A program made the position numbers and the translations under genes. A stretch of DNA of 64,000 bases. Source: Abditibacteriaceae bacterium. Lineage in GTDB: Bacteria > Armatimonadota > Abditibacteriia > Abditibacteriales > Abditibacteriaceae. This document shows, one piece after another, positions 57,841-64,000 of this stretch (the first letter of the stretch is position 1; each line of letters begins with the position of its first letter). Location: contig OZ255721.1 of NCBI GenBank assembly GCA_965277285.1, positions 3,392,001 through 3,456,000 of the forward strand, given 5' to 3'. Under the pieces are notes generated by a model. That model was not told the origin of the DNA. It did not search any database and saw nothing but the letters and a program-made list of their open reading frames with translations.

Positions 57841-58092
57841 GTTCTGGATTATTGTACATCCTCGAGCCGCGAACAGACAAAACGGGACCGCGAGTGATCG
57901 ATGAGTCCTCGCTGTTGTGTTGTGCTAAAATGGCGCGCTTGACGCACGAATCGAAAATGACTACAGCCGAAATACATTGGCGCTTGGAAGGGTTTTTACT
58001 TTATCTCACTTAAACTTGTCAAATCGAGTACTCGATTGGGTCGTTGTGCCTGCTATACCGCGTTTGGAATTGCAGTGTAATGCCAAACGCAA

Positions 58093-58126
58093 AAAGCGAG
58101 CGTTCATGGAATTGAACGCTCGCTTT
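58093..58126 (-). terminator. Rho-independent terminator after the ECF sigma gene
   Basis: AAAGCGAGCGTTCA / TGAACGCTCGCTTT with a T-run on the minus strand. Confidence 0.75.
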
Positions 58127-58154
58127 CATTGTGTTTGGACTATTTACCGAAACC

Positions 58155-59117
58155 CTACACCGTGATGTAGCTTTTGAGTTTGCGGTGAAGTTGGTCGCGG
58201 CCTCGCGCCAGGCGGCTTTTGACGGTGCCAGTCGGGACTTTCAAGATATTGGCGATGTCGTTGACTTCCATGCCTTGAAAGTGGTGCATCACGATGACGG
58301 CTTTGTGGTCGGTCGAGAGCGTTTGCACAGCTTGACGCACGCGGGTTTGCAGTTCGTCATTGGCCAGCGTTTCTTCTGGAAGTTTGCCCTGATCGGGAAA
58401 ATCCATCGGTTCGACATCGCCTTCGCTGTCGGCGCGCGGCGTGTCCATGCTTTGAAAACGAACGCGCTTTTTACGGCGCGCGCGGTCACGGCACAAGTTG
58501 AGCGCGATACGATACAGATACGTAGAAAACGCTTCGTCGGCGCGCAGTGTTGGTAAAGCGTCATGCAAACGCATAAAGACATCTTGCGTCACGTCCTGCG
58601 CGTCGTCCGGGTCGCTCAACATTCCATAAACCGCGTTGTAAATGCGGCGATGGTAAAGCTGATAAATTTCTTCAAAGGCTTTTTTGTCGCCTTCTTTGGC
58701 GCGTTGTAAGGTCTGCAAAAACTGCGCGCGCGCCGGATCCATCGGAATCGGCGTCGCTTCGCTTTCTTCGCTTTCAATTTCTTCCGCGTTGAAACCTGCA
58801 TCGGCACCTTCAGCGATAATGCCTTCTGACACACCAAGACCGTTGCCATCTAACGCAGCACCGCTCAACCCATTACCATCGAGCGAAGGCGCGCCAGAAG
58901 TTGGTGTCGTCGCATCCATTGATAAGGTCGAAGCCGAAGAAATTGAAGGGATGTCGCTTTGAGTACTCGAAGTCACACTTGAGCGATGATTCCGGCGCGT
59001 GTGCGTTGATTTTTCAACAGAGTTTGCGCTTTGGCTGGCGCTATCGTCAGGTGTTACGGAAAACGTCCGGCGCGCGATGGCGGACAAGGCGTTTGCAGGA
59101 GAAACGGCGGGGAACAT
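58155..59117 (-). CDS. ECF sigma-70 factor with a long low-complexity N-terminal extension
   Basis: DAQDVTQDVF, FSTYLYRIALN, EVNDIA..L.VP.GTVKSRL.RGR; start uncertain. Confidence 0.9.
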   Translation of the reverse strand: MFPAVSPANALSAIARRTFSVTPDDSASQSANSVEKSTHTRRNHRSSVTSSTQSDIPSISSASTLSMDATTPTSGAPSLDGNGLSGAALDGNGLGVSEGIIAEGADAGFNAEEIESEESEATPIPMDPARAQFLQTLQRAKEGDKKAFEEIYQLYHRRIYNAVYGMLSDPDDAQDVTQDVFMRLHDALPTLRADEAFSTYLYRIALNLCRDRARRKKRVRFQSMDTPRADSEGDVEPMDFPDQGKLPEETLANDELQTRVRQAVQTLSTDHKAVIVMHHFQGMEVNDIANILKVPTGTVKSRLARGRDQLHRKLKSYITV

Positions 59118-59309
59118 CGTTGGTTTTTCTTTCAGCGAACAAATGCACACGGGCGTCACCCGCCTTTGATAAATAAGTCTGATAACGGCTTTGGGAAATG
59201 ATTAAACGATCGACGGGCAATTAAGTTGCGCGTGTCAAGAGCGGTTCGCGTGCCGAGAATGGAAATCCTGCGTTGCCGCAAGACAAACTCCAGGCAACAA
59301 AAAAATGCT

Positions 59310-59579
59310 TCAACTTTTCGACTTCTTCAAGTCTTCGATGGTGCGCTCAATGTCTTCTATTTTGTTTTCGCACGAGGCAATCAGTTCTTCGACGCGCTCG
59401 AACGGTGTGGTTTCCAGCATTTTTAAGGCGCGTGCGCGACCACGCCACCAATACGCCGAAGCCGCCGCGCCCAGCACAATGCCCGCTGCTACCGCGCCGT
59501 AAATCAACTGGTGGTGACTTTCTTCGCCGTTCGAGTACTCGAATCGCGTTCCGCCTGCCGTTTGCATCTTTCTGCTCAT
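59310..59579 (-). CDS. Small membrane protein with C-terminal coiled coil
   Basis: One TM helix followed by an acidic heptad segment. Confidence 0.65.
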   Translation of the reverse strand: MSRKMQTAGGTRFEYSNGEESHHQLIYGAVAAGIVLGAAASAYWWRGRARALKMLETTPFERVEELIASCENKIEDIERTIEDLKKSKS

Positions 59580-59670
59580 GGACACTTCGTTACCTTTGAA
59601 TTCGTGTTTATGCTGCCGATTTCAACCGACTTCAAGCACCGCTGAGGAGCGAACTTCATTGAAGCAAAAT

Positions 59671-60132
59671 TTAAACTGGTGGCAGTCCGTCGTGAATGTC
59701 GTCCAAGTCGTCAATGCTGTAGCTGTTGCTTTCGTCCAAATGATAAGAACTGTCGTCTTTTTCTTTGTCCTGCAAAATGCGCTTGACAAAAGTCAGCAGT
59801 TCCTGAGGATTAAAAGGTTTGGTCAAATAAAGATCGGCGCCGCTTTTCCAACCTTGGAAAACATCGGCGTCCTGCGCTTTAGCAGTCAGCATGATGACGG
59901 GGATCTGCGAAGTTTTTTCGCCCGCCTTCATAATTTGCAGCGCCTCGAAACCGCCCATTTCTGGCATCATCACGTCCATGATAACCAAGTCAGGGTTTTC
60001 ACGCTCGACTTGCTCCAAAGCTTCGCGCCCTGTGCTGGCCGTCACGACTTCGTAACCTTCTTTTTGCAAATTGATCTGCACCAAACGTACGATATGCTTT
60101 TCGTCGTCTACGGCCAGAATTTTGTGAGCCAT
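59671..60132 (-). CDS. Single-domain response regulator with an acidic tail
   Basis: VDDE, IMDVMMP, MLTAK, YLTKPF. Confidence 0.93.
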   Translation of the reverse strand: MAHKILAVDDEKHIVRLVQINLQKEGYEVVTASTGREALEQVERENPDLVIMDVMMPEMGGFEALQIMKAGEKTSQIPVIMLTAKAQDADVFQGWKSGADLYLTKPFNPQELLTFVKRILQDKEKDDSSYHLDESNSYSIDDLDDIHDGLPPV

Positions 60133-60269
60133 CGTTTTTCCTTGAATCCCGTTTCGCTACTTCAATTGATCGAAAAGCCGGCCCGATCTTTGGTTTGAGT
60201 ACTCGAAATTACGAATGAGACGATTCTATATTATAACGCATCGCGCACGCTTTCCTTTCGCTTTTGCAA

Positions 60270-61124
60270 TTATTCAACCTCAATGCGTGATTTGTCGCCT
60301 GAAAAATCATGGCAATACGTATTCCAACTTTCGCTGTAATACTTTTCTTTGCACAAAAAATCGGCCAGTTCCGTTTCCTGCGAAGTCATAACACTCGGCT
60401 GCAAAATTGTTTTCCAGGTGCGTTCCACGCCTTGGCGCAAAGCAACGATGATGTCTGCGCGCAACGCCTGAACGCCCAATGATTTCAAGGTGACGATTTG
60501 TGACATCGAGCCGCCAGCGCGTTTTTTCCAAGCGTCTTCATCGACATCAATCAACAACGAACCGTGTTGCAAAATCGCGCCGTTTTTGCGACATTGCGCG
60601 GCGCCCAAAAGTTTGCGCCCATCGACCACGAAATCAGCGCGCGTCGCCAAATCAAAGCAATTCGACGAAACATTCTGGCGAACTCGAGTACTCGATTGTG
60701 CTGAACTTGAACGCTGCTCGCTTGAACGCTGCTCGCCGGACGGCGCGATTTGCGCTTGAATTCCCAAAAGCCGCAGGCCTTCGAGAAAACCTTCGCTGAT
60801 GCAGCGATAAGACGCGGCAATAGAACGTTCGTCGGGCCGCAAAAGTTCCTCGCGCAAAACCAGGCTGTACGTGATTTCCTGATCGTGCCAAACGGCGCGC
60901 CCGCCTGTGGGACGCCGCACCCAATCAACGCCGATGGCGCCGCGCAATTCCGTGGAAAGCTCTTCCACTTTCTGGAAACGTCCCAGCGAAAGGCACGCTG
61001 GCTGCCACGCATAGAAACGCAAAATCGGCGCCTCGCTCGCTTTCATGTTGCACAAAAGCGATTCATCTGTCGCCATATTGCGCGCGCCATTCGCAGCGGT
61101 TTCGTTTATCAATCGCCAATTCAC
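60270..61124 (-). CDS. Lipoate-protein ligase / LipM-like octanoyltransferase
   Basis: NMATDE, LRFYAW...LSLGRFQ, VRRPTGGRAVWH, KLLGAAQ, LQHGS. Confidence 0.9.
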   Translation of the reverse strand: MNWRLINETAANGARNMATDESLLCNMKASEAPILRFYAWQPACLSLGRFQKVEELSTELRGAIGVDWVRRPTGGRAVWHDQEITYSLVLREELLRPDERSIAASYRCISEGFLEGLRLLGIQAQIAPSGEQRSSEQRSSSAQSSTRVRQNVSSNCFDLATRADFVVDGRKLLGAAQCRKNGAILQHGSLLIDVDEDAWKKRAGGSMSQIVTLKSLGVQALRADIIVALRQGVERTWKTILQPSVMTSQETELADFLCKEKYYSESWNTYCHDFSGDKSRIEVE

Positions 61125-61320
61125 AAGCGAAGTATAAACGACCGAAGCGCAGAACGTTTCGAGTACTCGAACGCTATAACTCGCGTCAATGTGCGCTCCA
61201 GTACTCAACTTTTACGCGCGCGAAACAAAGCGGAAACCGCTCTCGCTCTATAATGATGCGTTGGCGAATTTGGTGCCGCAACGAGTTGAGACGTAACAAA
61301 GAACAGGCAAAGAAACTTTT

Positions 61321-62277
61321 ATGCGAATCGGCACGATGGACAGCAGTCAACCTTTGGGTTGGCGCAAAAATCAGAAAAATCGCGTCGTCGAACTCAACCA
61401 ACCCGACGCCGCACAATCTTCTCCACGCGACCAGACTACTTCCGCTCAGACTCCTTCCGCAATGGCTTCTTCCGAACTTAACAATTCAAATTCTTCTTTT
61501 CCCGATCCGTCCCGAACGGTTCCGCCCGAAGGTGCGCGCGCTGCCACTCCGCGGGCCACAGGCGGCGTTCCAGGCGCTGGTTCCAGTGGCGCGCGCACAG
61601 TGCAATGGAAAGGGAAAACGCTGAACATGGCGGCGACGCGTCCGGCAGCGAGCGAAGCCAGCAACGACAATGCGGCGCAAAATAGCGACGACATGGCGGC
61701 TCAAAACGCGCAAACGCAGAACATACAAGTTTTGAATGCGAACCTGGCGACGCTGTTGGCCGGCATGGACGAGATGTGCGGCGGCTTGCAGGAAATCTAC
61801 GGCGTTTTGCACAAAGTCAGTGAGCGCGATACGGCGGGCGAACGGGTTTTTAACACGCTGCACGCCGAGCTTTCCGACTACAAAAAAGATTTTATTTACG
61901 AACATCTCAAGCCCGTCGTGCGGCCTTTGCTGTTCCTTTACGACTCGTTGGAACAGTTCGAGGAAGAAATCGAGCCTTTTGATCCCATCGGCGCGCAACC
62001 GACTTCGGTTGAAAGAAGCGGCGTCATGCCGACGCGCTTGGTGCGACAAAACACGATTTATTTCCGCGAACAATTGACTGAAGCGTTGCGTGTTTGCGAA
62101 GTGACGCCGATGGACGATCCCGAAGGCGTGTTTAATGCGCGCTTTCACAAAGCCGTCAAAATCGTGCCGGTGGATGCCGCAGAAGACGGCAAAGTGCAGC
62201 GCGTCGTACGCTCCGGTTGGTTTCTCAACGGTCAATTGCTGCGTCCCGCAGAAGTCGTGGTCGGAAAAAGCAAGTAA
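61321..62277 (+). CDS. GrpE-like nucleotide exchange factor with long N-terminal extension
   Basis: FNARFHKAV, VVRSGW.LNGQLLRPAEVVV. Confidence 0.8.
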   Translation: MRIGTMDSSQPLGWRKNQKNRVVELNQPDAAQSSPRDQTTSAQTPSAMASSELNNSNSSFPDPSRTVPPEGARAATPRATGGVPGAGSSGARTVQWKGKTLNMAATRPAASEASNDNAAQNSDDMAAQNAQTQNIQVLNANLATLLAGMDEMCGGLQEIYGVLHKVSERDTAGERVFNTLHAELSDYKKDFIYEHLKPVVRPLLFLYDSLEQFEEEIEPFDPIGAQPTSVERSGVMPTRLVRQNTIYFREQLTEALRVCEVTPMDDPEGVFNARFHKAVKIVPVDAAEDGKVQRVVRSGWFLNGQLLRPAEVVVGKSK

Positions 62278-62376
62278 GCGATTCGAGCTTGATGAGTAAT
62301 AGTTAGGAGCCAACATCGAGTACTCGATTGCAGGACATAACACTAACCACTGATCATCGACGAAAGGAGAATAATT

Positions 62377-63912
62377 TTGGGTCGCACTGTGGGCATTGAT
62401 CTCGGGACAACTTACACCGCCGTCGCGTATGTGGATGATTACGGCAAGCCGATGATTTTGAAGAACTCGGATGGGCAGGCGACCACGCCCAGCGTCGTGT
62501 TCTTCGAGCCGCCTTATTATTCGGTTGGCGAAGTCGCGGTGCAAAGCACGCTCACCGATCCCGAACGCGTGGCGCAGTTCGTCAAGCGTTTCATGGGCTT
62601 GAAAGATCATCGCATCCGCATCGCGGGCCAAACTTATTCGCCCGAGTTCGTATCGTCGCTCATCCTGCGCAAAGTCGTGCAGGAAGCCGAAGCCGAACTG
62701 GGCGAAAGCATCACCAGCGCCGTCATCACGGTTCCGGCGTATTTCGGTGAGGCGCAACGCCACGCCACGCTCGAAGCCGGACAACTGGCCGGCTTGAACG
62801 TTCTGCGCATCATCAACGAACCGACGGCGGCGGCGCTGGCTTATGGAATTCTCAACCGCGATGAAGCGCGCCGCGTTCTGGTGTATGACCTGGGCGGCGG
62901 CACTTTCGATGTCACAATTTTGGACATGAATAACGAATCGGTCAATGTGATTGCGGTTGGCGGCGATCCGTATTTGGGCGGCAAAGATTTCGATGACGCG
63001 ATTATGAACTTCATCGAAGACGAGATGCGCGAAAAGTACAATTTCGAGATGGAAACCGATCACAGTTTTGAAGCGGAATTGCGCTTAAAAGCCGAAGCCG
63101 CCAAGCGCCAGTTGACCGGACGCCCTTCGGTTCCGATCACTTTCAAAGCGAAGCGTCCCGCCGACAGCATCGAGTACGCGCAAGACCCTATCATTCCGGT
63201 TCGCCTGGATTTGACGCGCGATAAGTTCGAGAAGATTACGGCGGACTTGATGTCACGAACGGAAATTTTGCTGGAAAACGTGTTGAAGCAGGCCAACTTG
63301 AGTTGGAGCGACATCGATCAAACGTTGTGCGTTGGTGGCAGTTCGCGGATGCCGATGGTGCGCGAAATGTTGACGAGAATGTCGGGCAAGCGCCCTTTGT
63401 TGCACGATCCCGACGAATGTGTCGCCAAAGGCGCGGCGGTTCAGGCCAGTTTGCTGGCGGGCAACGAAGGTTTGGAAGACATTCATGTGACGCACGTTCT
63501 GGCGCATTCTCTGGGCGTGGCGGCGCTGCAAAACGGCAAGCAAATTATTGATCACGTCATTCCCAGCCTGACGCCGCTGCCGTGTTCGCAAACGCGCGAC
63601 GGTTATACGACAACTTTGGACAATCAGCGCAGCGTGCAAATTCGCATTTACGAAGGCGAAAGCCGCGATTGGGAATCGTATCCAAACGGGCCTCTGGGCG
63701 TGTTCAACCTGGAAGTCGATCCACCGCGCCCCAAAGGTCAGCCGCAAATCAGCGTTGAATTTCGCTGCGACGAAAACGGTCGCATTACGGCGTTTGCACG
63801 CGACATGGACACCGGACGCGAAAGCCGCACCGTCATTTCACTGGCTGGAGAACGCAGCAGTCAGGAAATGCAACAAGAAGAAGAATTGATGTCGCTCGCT
63901 GTCGTTTCTTGA
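62377..63912 (+). CDS. Hsp70-family chaperone (DnaK paralog lacking the C-terminal lid)
   Basis: GIDLGTT, TVPAYF, INEPTAAA, DLGGGTFD, VGGSSRMP; only 511 aa; TTG start with AAGGAG. Confidence 0.92.
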   Translation: MGRTVGIDLGTTYTAVAYVDDYGKPMILKNSDGQATTPSVVFFEPPYYSVGEVAVQSTLTDPERVAQFVKRFMGLKDHRIRIAGQTYSPEFVSSLILRKVVQEAEAELGESITSAVITVPAYFGEAQRHATLEAGQLAGLNVLRIINEPTAAALAYGILNRDEARRVLVYDLGGGTFDVTILDMNNESVNVIAVGGDPYLGGKDFDDAIMNFIEDEMREKYNFEMETDHSFEAELRLKAEAAKRQLTGRPSVPITFKAKRPADSIEYAQDPIIPVRLDLTRDKFEKITADLMSRTEILLENVLKQANLSWSDIDQTLCVGGSSRMPMVREMLTRMSGKRPLLHDPDECVAKGAAVQASLLAGNEGLEDIHVTHVLAHSLGVAALQNGKQIIDHVIPSLTPLPCSQTRDGYTTTLDNQRSVQIRIYEGESRDWESYPNGPLGVFNLEVDPPRPKGQPQISVEFRCDENGRITAFARDMDTGRESRTVISLAGERSSQEMQQEEELMSLAVVS

Positions 63913-64000
63913 TTTCCTTTCTTACCACGCGAGATCGAGTACTCGAATCTTGTTTTACCCTTATTTTTAGGGAGATTATGCCCGATTTCACGCCGCGCTC

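Larger units (their letters stand above)
846..63946. repeat. Dispersed highly iterated palindrome TCGAGTACTCGA (53 perfect copies by hand count, about 24 near-matches)
   Basis: Perfect 12-mer starts: 846,1300,1828,2743,5386,6422,8265,10794,11049,12202,12686,13482,15840,16307,17413,18806,19541,21056,21485,21782,22491,22902,24025,24723,25143,25886,27320,27734,28293,32015,33402,34026,35525,36332,37611,39791,42913,43696,44510,46982,48828,50882,52026,53257,54362,55646,57156,58024,59531,60684,61159,62316,63935. Confidence 0.97.

Noticed and set aside
61486..63063. 525-aa antisense ORF opposite hsp70, and similar long shadow ORFs (9164-10573, 5418-6542)
   Set aside because: These are antisense shadows of well-supported genes. 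The hsp70 antisense frame is a familiar codon-bias artefact.
846..63946. Palindrome as CRISPR repeats, integron attC sites or a transposon footprint (TCGA-GTAC-TCGA read as a target duplication)
   Set aside because: The copies are only 12-14 bp, irregularly kilobases apart, and mostly inside intact conserved genes. No cas or integrase gene is present. An 8-bp footprint would frameshift the ~30 coding sites.
846..63946. Palindrome as a cloning linker or assembly artefact
   Set aside because: Reading frames of conserved genes run through it intact in all three phases, degenerate copies exist, and some copies are built into longer natural hairpins. Raw reads should still be checked.

Overview
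Gene-dense, moderately GC-rich bacterial chromosomal segment with about 52 CDSs and no rRNA, tRNA, CRISPR, transposase, integrase or phage genes that I can recognise. lpxC points to an LPS-bearing diderm. Two DUF1559/H-X9-DG prepilin-like genes suggest an Armatimonadota/Abditibacteriota- or Planctomycetota-like organism (inference). Housekeeping genes include lpxC, pyk, speB, a deoxyhypusine-synthase-like gene, a GH57 amylase, a FecCD/BtuCDF-type ABC importer, glmS, a YtrA-type GntR-ABC operon, dnaG, a CHASE2 histidine kinase, FKBP, sthA, thrE pair, GTP-PEPCK, mltG, ruvX, an ECF sigma, a lipoate ligase and a non-canonical grpE-hsp70 pair. The main unexplained signal is a highly iterated 12-bp palindrome, TCGAGTACTCGA (usually WTCGAGTACTCGAW). 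By hand I count 53 perfect copies and about 24 one- or two-mismatch copies in 64 kb. About 30 perfect copies lie inside genes, in all three frames (SSTR, RVLE/D, I/F/L-EYS), and about 23 lie in intergenic gaps, some at the apex of terminator-like hairpins. It resembles a HIP1/DUS-like genome-wide motif, but I do not recognise the sequence. Also present: several REP/REPIN-like hairpin families, recurrent 15-bp in-frame tandem expansions, and a sortase next to a LAKTG substrate in an lpxC-containing genome. All counts and coordinates were read by eye and need computational confirmation.
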